Below are positions 11,767 through 24,925 of a stretch of DNA of 64,000 nucleotides, in pieces. The position numbers and the translations under genes were made by a program. Positions within the stretch are counted from its first letter, which is position 1; every line of letters begins with the position of its first letter. The stretch is from contig NC_088854.1 of NCBI RefSeq assembly GCF_963853765.1, forward strand, positions 18,166,001 to 18,230,000. Reading direction: 5' to 3'. The notes beneath the pieces were generated by a model. The model ran no database searches, was not told where the DNA came from, and saw nothing but the letters and a program-made list of their open reading frames with translations. This DNA comes from Magallana gigas (taxonomy: Eukaryota).

Positions 11767-14700
11767 GATCTAAAACTATCTAAAAAATTCGTTTACAATG
11801 TTTGAGAGTACCCTAGAGAATAATACTTGGACAACGCTTTAGGTTCCACAGTATTGAGAACGCTGCTCATAATTAGTTGAATATTTTGAAGAAAAAAAAT
11901 CCCTATTGTCGAATATTCCTGTCATGCTACTTGATACGAAACGTTTTTCCCTAGATCTACAACAATTCAGAAACCTTTTATTAGACCCATTATATTCCAC
12001 CCTATATACTTGTTTAAAAACTTATTACATTGCTGCTAAAGATGTTTGATTCCATTGTTACAAATTCGCAGCATTTACTTGATATGTATTTAATAAATCT
12101 CTTTAAAACTTACACATCGACTAGACCTCTTGCTTGCAATAAGAGGTTTAAAATTTCTACTATTGATTCAAGAATGCAGTTGATGGCATTCGGGTAGTAA
12201 TAATTTTAAACCCTGGGCTTAGTTATTTTAACTCTCGCCGAACACTACACCCCATGTACGGCTTGTTGTGATAAGGCCTTTAAACATAAGGACGATTCGC
12301 TGATGGCAGTACTTCGATTTCTTTCTGAGATGGGATAAAGTAATTGTTTAAAAATTAGTATTGGAAATCGGATTAAGCAGCTAAACAGTCATTGAAATAT
12401 ACACGGTTACCTGGGACATTTATCTAATGATTTTTACCTGGATATTCGTGATTTAAAAAGAGATTGGGATTTCTTTTTTTTTAATAAAGTCAACATGGAC
12501 AAATCAATGACAACCTGTGAGGATGTTTGAATGAAACCTGGATCTTTGAATTGACATAGCAACAGTAAAAAATGTAAGTAAAACCTTGCTAAAAAGATGT
12601 ACCCTATTGATGAATTCGAGTAAGATTTTTTTATATGAATTTTGTTTCCATAAAAAGTTGACAATTATCACACACAATGATCTCCTCATGTCTATTTTTT
12701 TTTATTGATTTTGATTTTTTGACTGTTAGTCTTTTGATAATAATCGGTGCACATTTGCACAGAATACCTAATCTTCTAGGATTGAACATCGTCAGGTTAA
12801 GATAGAGAATTGAATTATCATGTCATTCAAAATAAACAGCGATAGTATTCTAAGTGTTCGTGGGTAAATTATGTAATGTAAAACCCAAACTTTTTGACAA
12901 CTGTAATCAAGTAAACTTTTTTCACTCAAACAATTTTATGGCTTAGGTGGAAAATACATTATAATTATACGCCTGACATGATTACATGCAGTACACTAGA
13001 GTACCAAGTATTTTATGCGAAAACAGGAAGGGACGAGAAGGCAGGCAGGAGAGATCAACAAATATATATAAATTATATAATAAAATAGAGTACCATCGTT
13101 ACTGTTCGTGAGGCAATCTATTGACATAATTTTCCTACTAAATGTGCTAGTTTTAAAAATATGTCCGTTTAGATTTTAATCATTCGCCATTTCTTAACAA
13201 TTGGTGCTTGAATGAATCGTAGATTCACGGCAGCTGAAATTAAATTTTACATTTACGATATACATGTACACGTACTTATTTCTGTGTGTCCTGTCTGTGT
13301 TTTCGTGCCCAACACGTGTTTTGGGATATGAACTATTGTGATACTTTATCATTGAGTATGAAGTAAAGAAACAGGGCCTGATTTGTTACTAATCTTGACA
13401 AGACAGATCTCAGCACGAAATTTAAAACTTAAACAAACTGAGTATATATATATTCCTCAATTCAAAGTGATATTTCAAAAGAATAGGCTGTAAAGAAAGA
13501 CTCGTGTATCCTTATTAGAGATTCATTAAAACTCAAGATCAAATGACTTGTACTTTACCAACAATGCCATAGCTGGATTATATTATCTAGAGACAATTTG
13601 GTTTAACGTTTTTAGTAGCCAGCGCCAATGGATTTTAAGGAGATATATGCCACCTTCTGAGTTTGAACATACGATTATCGGCAATATGTGCGTCAATATT
13701 GTGATTCCCAAATCAAAGAAGATTCGCTGTATATAAAGATTTAAAGTCATGGACATTAAGAAGGTTCAAACCATTGGTAGATCTGTTTAAACAATTGACC
13801 GCTTGTAAACACCCTAGGTGCTGCAGTCAATGTTTATTCTAGACTAAGCAATGACATGATAGATTTGTGTACAGAACGAAAATATTTGGTTTCAACCACG
13901 AACAACAAGCATTCTGTAATCACTGAGAACATATCTCCAGATTTACAGTATTAGTAATGGCATGCTACTTTATGGAATTTGATTTCTCTTACGCATTCAT
14001 CATAGGTATTTTTTTTTCTTTTTAAAAATCTTACTGAAGGCACAAACATTTCTTATCCATATCTGATTTATGTCTGATTTTCAGAAAAATGCCACCATTA
14101 TGTAAGACACAAAATAATTAAATGCTCATCATAGCACAAGAATAATGCTTTTAATTTACTTAATTTTACTTACAATAAATCAATTGTACCCTCGCGTCAT
14201 TGTAGTTACGATCTTTATATACAAACAAATACCTAAATAAAAAAAATATGAAGTATTCAAGTAATATTTTTATCAATACTTGAATAAATCTAAATTTAGA
14301 TATTCTTAATGTGACAACCCTCGGTGCATTAAGTTTGCTGTAATTCTTAAGCTTAATCATATCTCAACTTTTGACCTTTTAAATTAACTAATAATTCATC
14401 TGTAATTTCCAGAACGGATTAATTACTTAAATAGATTTAATCCTATATTTTGAAGATTAAACGTTTGTGCACTATTGCACTTATATGCAGAACAATAAAA
14501 AAAACCGTCAAGTAGGGAAATTTTGTTGATACCATAATCCTCACCAAAAGTTGATTCGAACGAGCGCTAAACTAAGTCATAATGTTAAACAAATCAAGCA
14601 TTGCTTCCTTGGCTACAAAACACCTAATTTAAAGTCGTAACTGCGTACAATGTTTTCCAAATACAATGCGTTTTATCCCCCTCTCAACACACCAATTCCA

Positions 14701-15163
14701 CTAGTACTACTAATATGATTTAATGATTTCTGTATTTAAGCCCTAGTTGTAGACTCAAAAAAGTCAATTTGAAGAGAAAGCAACTGCATTCATATTAGCT
14801 TTCGTATCTGGTCAAAAAATCAAGTATTTTGCAAGAGACTTCAAACAAGGACCCCGTTGGGTTTTAGAGCATGCTCTGGTAATATTTAAAGTTTTCAATG
14901 TTAAAAGTGTGAACCAATTATAAGGAGCAACAAAATCAAAATAAACAAGTAATACATTTTGAAAACTATATTTTATTGCAAATGTATGTTCATTGTTATT
15001 AGTGTATACAAAATTATTGTAGATGTAAATGTAATATTTGTTTAAGTTTAATCATTTTAAAATCAAACGGAGCAGAATCATGCCAACAGCGGAAAAGAAT
15101 ATTCAAACTAAACTGTAGCTTTTCTTAATAATAATTGGTGTTTGTTTAACGTGTAGATTCAAG

Positions 15164-16252
15164 ATGGCGCTGATGATGTTAAAAACCCACGACTTGACGT
15201 GGCAAGATCACACGATTAACGTCGAAATGATGCTTGCGCCGCTTCATGCGCAGTTGTTGGCCAGTAAACACAAAGCCCTGTCGACACGGTGCAACACTAT
15301 CAAACTAATCTACGACAAAGAACGGGACACCATGGTGAAAAACATTAATATTGAAAAAAGAATGATGGAAAGAAAGAGAAGTGTATTCTTGAAGAGAAAG
15401 TCAGAAATTGCTTTCAAACGTCTGTCGTCTGCAAAAAGTGATCCTACCAATCAGCGATGTCTCTCTATCCCTAGCGTTAATCCAAAACGCGGGAATTCAG
15501 CGCCACCTGTTCTAAGTGAGGCAAAACAAAACGACAAAGTTTTTCTAACGGAAGTTCGAGATGTTGATAAAGCTAACACCAGCGAGCCTGATGGTAGACG
15601 AAATGGATCCGTAACTGAAATTTCTCATCCACTTTCCTTTTCGCGCAACAGTTTCAAATCTTCCATCACGCTGCCCTACTTCACGGGAAGCCAATCATCA
15701 AGTCGAAACGAATCTCCGCAACACACGACTACATTTACGTCACAAATGCGCGGGAAATCTGTCAGGTTCGAGGAAAATGAGGATGAAGAACGAAGTGGCG
15801 AAATTTTGTTCGAGAAAATCAATTACGCCAGACTTCAACAGAAAGTGAGAAACTTTGTTCACGATCAAGATGACTTTAACAATCGCCCTGCTGGTTACAA
15901 GTTAAATTTTAGAACCCGGCAGAGATTTAATTTTAACTCATTTGGGTCTAACTTTAAAACGCAACAGCAACAACCACTGGTCGCAAAGAAAAGTTCCAAA
16001 CTGTCGCTGGACAAAAATCAACTGGAGAGAGCTTTCGACAAGTTTTGTGAAAATAAAACCAAAGATAACTTACACGCAATGATGAAGATGGCTACTAAAC
16101 AGAAAGCGAGTATACGTATTGCGAGGGACCAATCTATAGTTCCAGCTATAGCTGTTATGAAGAGTGCACACAAGTTTCGCGCGGTACTTGGTAAAAACAG
16201 GGCCACCGAGGATAAGCCGCCAGCACAAAGCGACGGCCCTGGAAATGGATGA
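15164..16252 (+). CDS. Uncharacterised protein, 362 aa, paralog B (KSVRF motif)
   Basis: Long ORF with acceptor gtgtag 7 nt before ATG; shares KTxDLTWQD, QLL, LSxRC, EKRxM, SAPP, KSVxF, AFDxxC and ATKxK with paralog A. Confidence 0.85.
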   Translation: MALMMLKTHDLTWQDHTINVEMMLAPLHAQLLASKHKALSTRCNTIKLIYDKERDTMVKNINIEKRMMERKRSVFLKRKSEIAFKRLSSAKSDPTNQRCLSIPSVNPKRGNSAPPVLSEAKQNDKVFLTEVRDVDKANTSEPDGRRNGSVTEISHPLSFSRNSFKSSITLPYFTGSQSSSRNESPQHTTTFTSQMRGKSVRFEENEDEERSGEILFEKINYARLQQKVRNFVHDQDDFNNRPAGYKLNFRTRQRFNFNSFGSNFKTQQQQPLVAKKSSKLSLDKNQLERAFDKFCENKTKDNLHAMMKMATKQKASIRIARDQSIVPAIAVMKSAHKFRAVLGKNRATEDKPPAQSDGPGNG

Positions 16253-17001
16253 ACGAGAAAAAATTTCTTTTACACAATTTTGAGCCATATTGGCTTTTAA
16301 ACTGATTTGATTGGTTGTTATTGATAAATGGATATGATGTTCTGCATAAATTGATCTACTGAATTCAATAAAGAAAATTCATAAAATACCATGATATATA
16401 TTGTTATTTCTCAAAATTATAATATTTTTAGATTCAATTTTTTATTGTTTGGTATTCTACACACTCTATGATGGCAATTTGTCAGTACTACATCACATAA
16501 ATTGTAAGTTTATATGTTTACTACTTAAACAAACGCAAGAATGTGACGTCGTCAATGGCAACAAAAAATTGAATGTATAATAGGTATTGAGTGTAACAAT
16601 GCTCAATAAAGGTGGAGGATAGAGCTTTACCGTACATTTCCAATAGGATATGGGTCAAATGTCTATTTGTTTATTATCCTATGTCGACTATCTTAGATCA
16701 ATCAATGTGCAGCGCAATTTGTACACAGTTGGTATAGATACCTTTTGATGGCATGATAGCTGGAACGTTTGAGTTGTATACGAAGTATGAGCCGCCCTGC
16801 GACAGATGTCCATCACATGGTCGATTATTTGAAAAAGGGTTATTAAGCATTGTATGACTTAACTGAATACTGCAAACTAAAACGGTTGGGCTTTTGCCAA
16901 TTTATTGCTTCATCTGAAAACTGCAGTTTTGTTAGTTGTTTGAAAAAGAAAAGTTGGAGGAAAATGAAATGTGTTATCGTATGTAAGCATCTACAGTTGG
17001 A

Positions 17002-20000
17002 ATGAATTTTAGAAGGATAAACAATGGTTTGACGAACCTTAGGTTGTGTTGGGTTCTTTTCTTCCTGATGCACTATGCTGCTTCGGAAACAAGAGGTAAG
17101 GCCAATAAACATCGCTTAGGTTTCAATCGGTCAAATAATCTTGCATTTTTATTTAAATGGTCGTTCACTGTTAACTTTCAGTAAAGGTTGTATTGTAAGT
17201 TGTTGCTTTCTCCTAGGTCTTCATTTTCCCACCATCTGTGATCATTACAAAGAACGAGCCGTGACCCCTGAGGTTTCCTATGTGGTCACGTGGAAGGGGG
17301 AGCGGACCCCGTCAGCCTCCTGTAGGCTGGGGTTTACGGGGCCTATGGCAGACTCCGTCTACACGCGGTCAGTGTGTTTTGACACCATATTCTTTCATGT
17401 CAAAGACTGCGCTGTTCGGTTGGAGTTCTCCGAAGAGTCAGGGACCAAAGCAACGGTTTGTATTTATCCTGTTATTATGGCCACCAGGTGACTTTATACA
17501 AAAATGGTATTTCATACTTCAATTTTTTTTTGGTTTCATCTTCATCCATAAGTACTTGAGGCTTATAAATATGAATAGAAATAAGTTTTATAAATACCAA
17601 ATTTGTTAACATTTACTTAAACTCATTTTATTCAAAACTGAATTATAGAACATTTCGATTTCTGCTACATTTTACGTGGGTTTTTTTCAATAGAACTACT
17701 CGTGCACCCATAAACCTAAAGTATGGTGTGCAGAGAAAGATCAGACAGCATATATCAACTTGTTTGGAGCAAATCTTCATCCGAACAACTCTTCCTCATT
17801 CAAAATCCTGGTCACTGCCGAGAAAACGAGCACACGTAAGAATAAACATTTACCATCAGTAGTAAATTCTCTTTTTGTATGCCCACACGTCATTTTGATG
17901 TATATGTAACAGACTGGGGGACTTACCGATCTTATTTATAGGCTGGTTAAAGTATATAACACTACTCTGCATGGAATAACGAGAGCTTAATTATCTAGTA
18001 CTGACTTAATAGTCTTAGAGAAATATCTTTATTGGCTTTACCGTATTCGACTGAGAATCTTGTTTCCCATTATACTGGAGCCATCCTTAAGACTAACCCC
18101 TGATACGGAGGTTGAGAGAACACCTGATGATCGCTAAGTGCATGGCTATTTTTTATTCACTAACTTGTAGGGTTGTGGTTGGTAGCAGGAGAGTAAAGAG
18201 TCCCATGCTTAGCATTTTCGAATCTCAGTGCAATCATTACCCTATCCACTCGCTACATGACCTTTTAATGAGTTATGTTTCAAATATGTATATTAAGTAA
18301 TAGTTGGTTTAATATTATTATGCTTATAAATGCATTCGTGAAGAGGGTCATGCACTGAAATTAAAATAGACGAAGGTTCAGATACTTTAAAATAAGGTTT
18401 TTTTTGGTACACACTTATCCTTGGTAAAGAGATCTGGGGCCTTCTTATAGATTATTACAGTTTTTCCATTTTTCATGCCAAATCAATAACGAGTCTCTTT
18501 TAAATGAATTTTTAAATAATATTCATAGATTGATTTTAAGATTACATTGATTTGAAAATACTGTGTCCTTTTGTGAATAACCTTAAACCTATATGGATTT
18601 TAATAATAAGATAATAATCTCTTAACTTTTGAACAGAAATTTTGAAGTCTTAAAGAAAGAGTAAATTTTTACTGATTTAAATGCCACTTTTTCTGCATTA
18701 GAATTCACCTTTCTCTTTTTCTAACGTCTTAATACCAGTGTCAAAAAACGGTTATAATTGCATTTTTATTGAATTAACACGAATACCCATCAGGAGTCTA
18801 ATTTAAAGCAAGTGCATTCATTAACGACGCATGTCTTGCGCAGTATAATGTCCTCGTTTGACAAGTAAACATGGTGTAAAGCTGCTTATTGTCGCTTTAA
18901 ACTGTTCATTAAAAAGTTAAAAAGTACGTTTTTAGGTGAATAAGCGCTGTTATTTGACACTCATATTACCAAACCAAATGCTAAGGTGCGAATATTTAAC
19001 GCAGAGCCTTTGCAATTTATAATTTATTTTTCGGTTTTGCAGTTGATGAATATTAATACTGATGGTCTAAGTACTGTTTTATGGTATGAAGTCCCTGACT
19101 TGCACGTATAATGTAATAAAACTTTGGCAATATTCCCCTAGTTGGTAGTGATAATTATCTTTTGATGGGCTTTGCATGCCTAACGCTGTGAGGCTGGGCT
19201 GGTCCCTGGGCCTATTGATCACGTTTTGCTACATGTTTTTTCATAATGAAGTTTTTTATTATTGTTGCTCATGCAAACAAATAAATTTTGACCAGGATGT
19301 AGCCCATTCAAATGATAATTTGTGATTCGCATTAAGCTCGTGATTTGCTTTTTGAAAACTTGTTAGTTACAGTTTTATGTAATCTGTTATGCGTCTTGCT
19401 TGCCGTGATTCGTTGAGTATCAGTCCTGTTTGTTTACTCAAGAAACTCCAAAACAAAATGTTTTGCATTTATCTACAGTATTTTGGAAGCGTGAATTAAG
19501 GTGGTGAGGGGCACAGAGATATCAATGTGGATGGATTCAAAAGTACATCATACTAGTATTAAAATCATTATCGTTTTATAATTTACAAATTACACACTTG
19601 ACAATAAAAATGCATTTTAAAAACTCTGGAATAGGTTAAAAATATATTGACCTGGCAGGTTTTAAACTCATTACTTTTTTTATCAGTAGAATTTGTTTTA
19701 TCCTATTGCGCTATGCTGACAGAAAATTCGAAGGTGCCCATAGGCCCATACCTCTTAAGAAGTGTTACTAATCAACTGTTTCTTTAAAAAGAAGTATGAT
19801 CTCTTATTTAAATTTGGAACACGGGGAAAATATGGCCAAATTATTACCAGGGTACGGTTAAACCTTAAACATCCCTATACGTGGCTCATTTAGCTTGCAC
19901 ATTTTGTCAGTGAATTCAATAAACATGACTGTACATTTTGGTATAATAATCCATGCCTAATACTGTTCTTTTAAATAAATATTGTGTGATAAAATATTCA

Positions 20001-20173
20001 AAAAAAAATTAAATTATTCCTCTTTCCTTGCAGTATTGTATTTGAAGATCGGTATCATAGTGGGAATGGTCTGTCTGTGTATTACTGGCATCTTGGTTGC
20101 TGTGTGCTGTTACAAGAAAAAACAGAAAGTGGTCAAGGACGCGGAATTAGAGTACACTCGACTGGCAGAATAA
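17002..20173 (+). CDS. Type-I membrane protein, 204 aa: join(17002..17095,17217..17455,17694..17835,20034..20173)
   Basis: Four exons with GT-AG sites and matching phases 1/0/1, total 615 nt. Hydrophobic leader (LRLCWVLFFLMHYAAS), 6-Cys ectodomain, TM helix IGIIVGMVCLCITGILVAVCC followed by YKKK, tail ending YTRLAE. Confidence 0.8.
19648..19718 (-). repeat. Degenerate tRNA-derived (SINE-head-like) sequence in intron 3 of the membrane protein gene
   Basis: Minus strand TAGCGCAATAGG (A-box-like) and GAGTTTAAAACC (degenerate B-box); resembles 34950-35025. Confidence 0.35.
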
Positions 20174-22576
20174 GACTGTCTTAATTCACCTTGGAAATAT
20201 GTTCAAAATATAACTGAATGAATGCCCTTTGCATTATCTGGATCCAAGAATCTCATTAGAATACATGTGCAAAATATTAATATACAAACGGCCAAATGCT
20301 GTTCGGTTTAATTTTCAGATGAATTACCATATCAATTTTTTGTGCTATAAATTTAACGCCTCCCACCTGCAAGTTCTTTTAAAAACAGAGATTTGAGATA
20401 CCAGGGCTACTTGTTATCTATATATACATATGCCAATCAAAAATAATGTTGATTACTAGTACTTTAATGATTCATTGTTTAACTTCATAATTTATATAAG
20501 TCTAATCATGAATGCAAGTTGTGGTATTGAAAGGATACAAAAAATAACGTTTATAAAGAAAAGCGGTTATGATTGAGATGTCATATTGACTTGCTATCGC
20601 TTAAGAAAAGAAACTACATGAATGTAAAATATATGTAGTTATAAATACAGCTGTAGACTGACTCGGTGTCTATGGTTTTAGAATGAAAAAAGGTTTTTTT
20701 TTCTCTCGACAACAATTGTATTGTGTTTTCTTCAATAAAAATACTTGCACATCAATGCAATCGTTTATTTTCATATGGTTGCGAAGGAGGTAACCAATAT
20801 TTTAAGTTGCGTAATGTTTTTTTTAAAATATGGGCTTTTTAATCAAATATTTAAGAGAAAATAAATGTCACCAGGTTTATTCATTGTTTTATTCATTTTT
20901 TGCACAGATCTTGCTGGCAAGTAATTAGTACTTGTCTAAGATGGAATTGTATCTTTTAAACTTTCTCATAACTCGGACATTTATGTTAATTTAAAATTGA
21001 AAGACTTTGTTAATCATCCACTTATGTCAATATGTGGAGTTTATTGCCGCAGTTAAAGCCACTTAATCAATTATATGTTAAATATCAACATAGGCGGGAC
21101 CATCTGAAAGACAGTGGAATACCAGAAACCAGTATTCAACTGTTGAACGCGACTTCACCGTACAGAGGATAACCTATACAGAGAGACATCACACCCAAAC
21201 ACTTACGCTGAAAGAGAAGATCGTCAATAATCAATAATTTATCTAACATTTGTCACAAATCGATCTTAGAATACACAATAAATGTCATCTCTTCTGCAAT
21301 ATGCTGCTCACACGTTCATCGATTGGAAAGACAACCCTGACCTTTGAAGCGATGTGGTTGGTTAGAATTTTTAACTTAAATATATATGTTTTTATAATTA
21401 AAGATATCTGCAAACAGCTGGGCTTAACCCACTACATGTTCTCACACTGCCGTATAGTTTGATCAACGTTAAGAGTATTCAACGTATTTTAACATGCTGG
21501 TTTTGAAAATGTGTAATAAGACTAGTGGTCATAACGGTCATTTCTAATATTTACAAAATATGTCCAACTAAACGTACTTGGACAGGATCGTACCACCTGG
21601 ACGTTGTTTACAAATGCTGCAGATGTGTAGCTTTACTAGAAAATTCTGATATATTTCAACCGAAATTAATGTTCTATGCTGAAGATCATATGGATTTGTT
21701 AAAATCGTACATAACTTACTTTTTTGAGATTTATTCTAGGAATGGGGTGTATTTTATCTACTGTACAATGAATGTTAGTGACACTTTTCGTCTTTATGCC
21801 GTTGTAACGACTATTGTTGAAGAATTGAAAAACTGACCAAGATCATGGAGAAGTAAGGGAAAATTATCGTGCTAAAAACGACAAAGATCATTCCGACAGA
21901 CTCGAAAGAGCAATCAACATTTCATTTCGTTAAACATTTACTGTTACATTTGTTTATAAATACATACTAGTATGTTGCTTCTTCTGTTTAAAAACTGTCA
22001 CGTATATTATAGTGTATTACTACAGTTTTCCATCGGCTATAAAAAATAAAACAGCGAGGTGGTATAAATATTGTAAAAATTGTCCGCTTCATAACTTTAT
22101 ACAGCATTATAAGATTAACTTTTATAGATAAAAATCTTCTTTTTTTCTCTCCAATTCTCATTATCAAAGATAACTTAATTTGAATTCTAACCAATCTATA
22201 TTTTTGTGAAAATGAAAGGTATTAAGAAAGTACATTGCCTGATAACGAGATTTTTAATATTAATTCTACTTATACCGTCTGATCTAATGACCGTCCGTCA
22301 GCAAGGATTTCATTTGACAAGGAGATATCTCAACAGACCGAACAGTCATCTAATTCGATTTGTCATTAATTTAATTATGTATCTTGTCAAAATTAATAAT
22401 TATAAATGAATTGGCAGTGTCCTACGGGGGTCCTGTGTATATTCTATGTATTTTATATGAGAAATCACATATTTTTTTTCCATTTCTGCCTTGTCGTTAG
22501 TCATTTATTATAGAGGTAATTTTTTGACCTTTCAACACCTAGGGTTTTTAATATTAAGTTGGACAGGACACATCAG

Positions 22577-22584
22577 TATATAAG
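22577..22584 (+). promoter_or_regulatory. Candidate TATA box of secreted peptide gene 1
   Basis: TATATAAG upstream of a plausible non-coding exon ending aaag|gtatt (22666), which could splice to tttcag (22840) just before the ATG exon. Confidence 0.4.
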
Positions 22585-22851
22585 AAGTAAAAATCATTAT
22601 TAATAGTTTACTCATACTGAAGAATTTGCTAACAAGGAGTGTTTCAACTTATTCCTAGATTCAAAGGTATTACTGTAAGAAAGAAGGTGACAATATAAAA
22701 GATAGGTCGTAGGAGCAGCGATGCTGTATTTGAATTCATTATTGGTTTTATTGATACGTGTATTTGATATTGATACAATTATCAATTGCAAATTTTTCAA
22801 CTTATTCTCTGTGGTATTTATCAAATGGATTGTTTTTCAGATTATTTTGAG

Positions 22852-24925
22852 ATGATTCTGAATACAGTGTTCATAATCTGGAGCGCACTGGGAACAGTGT
22901 CAGGTAACAAAGTTAACTTAGAACAAACTTTTCATTTTGAGATTACATTAATGGCCCCCTAAAATGAAATTGAAAAAATGATTGTCGTTTTACTGTAATT
23001 CTTTGTTTCTTTGTACAAATATATATATGTAATGTGTTTACATAATGTTCATTTTGATTCAAGTGCCCACAATTTAGAAATATGACATTGTAAAGACAAC
23101 CTTTTCCCGCCATTTTTGCATTTTTAGCATAAAACAGCTTGTTTTAAAGCAGTTTTTCTTTCAGAAAACATAGAGCGCATGCTTGAACAAACAAAATATT
23201 TTAATCAGAGATGTATCTAGCCAAGACTAATAAGTGACAAAAAAATTCCTTGTTCAAGCATGCGCTCTATATTTCCCATTTGAAAAAAATGATAAGAAAA
23301 ATGTCAATTTTTGACCGATTTTGATTGAACTATAGAAATAGCGTCACTTCTGACGTCATATACTGCCAGTGAGTGCAAATAAATCAAATAAATAGGTAAA
23401 AAAATATATATCGCATAGCCCCCTAACTCCGTCACTACCCTAACTCCGTCACTTTCGGGAAACTCCTCGCCGTTTGAAATCAAGTACGATTATGACGTCA
23501 TTTTTTACATGTCAAAAATCTTTAATCAAATGTCAACAATTTGCAACGGTTAAATTAAAGAATGTGTCAAAAAATAACAGAATTAAACCTTGTTCATTTT
23601 ATGCACCATTAATTGTGTGAAATCAGCTAAAACTTTTTCACGGGTGCACTAAAATATCGATATTTCTGACATGCGGGCCCATTCAAACATTTGCGGTGGT
23701 CAGCCATTTTTAGAGAGGTCAAGATGAAACATTTCACATGGAATACATTTTTGATTAATGTAATTAATACATTTTTTTCAGTCCGCAATGGCCTTTATGC
23801 ACTACTCTTGATTATAACGTCAAAACGCTCATGCCGATACTTTTGCCTTATACAGGGTATAGATATCTCCGGTATATCGCTATTTAGAATATGCTACATT
23901 TCTAAAAATGTAATAAATAAATAATATAATAAGTAATATATTAATTAATGATATAAAATATTTGAAATATGTAAGGACATAAATCAAACGGCATCCATAA
24001 ATACTGAAAAGGCCATTGTGATTGTTGTTACATGGACGGCCCATTTTTTATTCTGGCGATCATTTCATTTCGATGAAATTAAATACAATTTAAATTGTAT
24101 GCACCACTTTTACTTATTATAACTTGGCCTAGATACGAATTGAGTTTTAACTAAATTGTTAATGTGTCTTCATTCCCTGCCATATCATAGAGCATGTGGG
24201 TGACGGAGTTAGGTTCATAAGATATAATAGGCACGCGTGATAAACGTCGTATTCAGAGAGCTTATTTGAATAAAAATAAAAATATCTTTGCTAATAATTT
24301 TATAAATTATATTGTTTCAGATTATATTTAGTGATTGCAAATGATAAAAACCACAAAAAATAATTTACAGATAAACGCGGGAGGTTTTCTGCTTATGGTG
24401 ACGGAGTTTGGGTACTCGGGGATATTATATCAACTTTTCTAAAAAATAACATAACATTTTATGATACCGGAAAAACTTTAAAAAAATGTCGAATTATGGG
24501 GGCCCAATTAATCTCATATCATATATAGTTCTTTTATTAAAAAATTACTTAATGATATAAAAGAATCATTATATTTATTTTCAGGACGCTCTTCTAGAAT
24601 TATGCAGAGAGAAACCAAACAGGATAAATGTATGAACGCATTTCAATATATCTCTACCTCTCCATTATGTAAAAGTGATTCTGACTGTGACATTTCGTCT
24701 ATTTGTTGTGGAGTTACGTCACTGGACCATTCCATCTGTGTACCACTTAACCATTCAGACCTCGTCGTTTTGGGATATGGTGGGAGGACTTCCGAAGTGA
24801 ACCCGGCTCTTTCCCTCCCCATCCCCCGCCCTATTCCTGTACCCCCTCTGTTGGCCTCTCTTACATCAGTTTCCCCGCCAAAATCGCCAAATTACATCTA
24901 TGCACCAAATGCACGATACAAGTGA
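22852..24925 (+). CDS. Secreted 6-Cys WAP-like, Pro-rich peptide 1, 130 aa: join(22852..22903,24585..24925)
   Basis: Signal-peptide exon MILNTVFIIWSALGTVS-G|gtaac; phase-1 acceptor tttcag|GA CGC TCT in frame with ORF 24602. Motif C-x12-C-x5-C-x5-CC-x9-C, then LPIPRPIPVPP. Confidence 0.8.
23170..23270. repeat. Perfect 21-bp inverted repeat with 59-nt spacer, within a probable intronic MITE (~22920-23400)
   Basis: atagagcgcatgcttgaacaa (23170-23190) / ttgttcaagcatgcgctctat (23250-23270). Confidence 0.8.
23436..24415. mobile_element. ~980-bp non-autonomous DNA transposon in the intron of peptide gene 1
   Basis: TIRs taccctaactccgtcac (23436-23452) / gtgacggagtttgggta (24399-24415), 16/17 match; extra TIR copies at 23421-23435 and 24200-24213. 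Confidence 0.65.
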
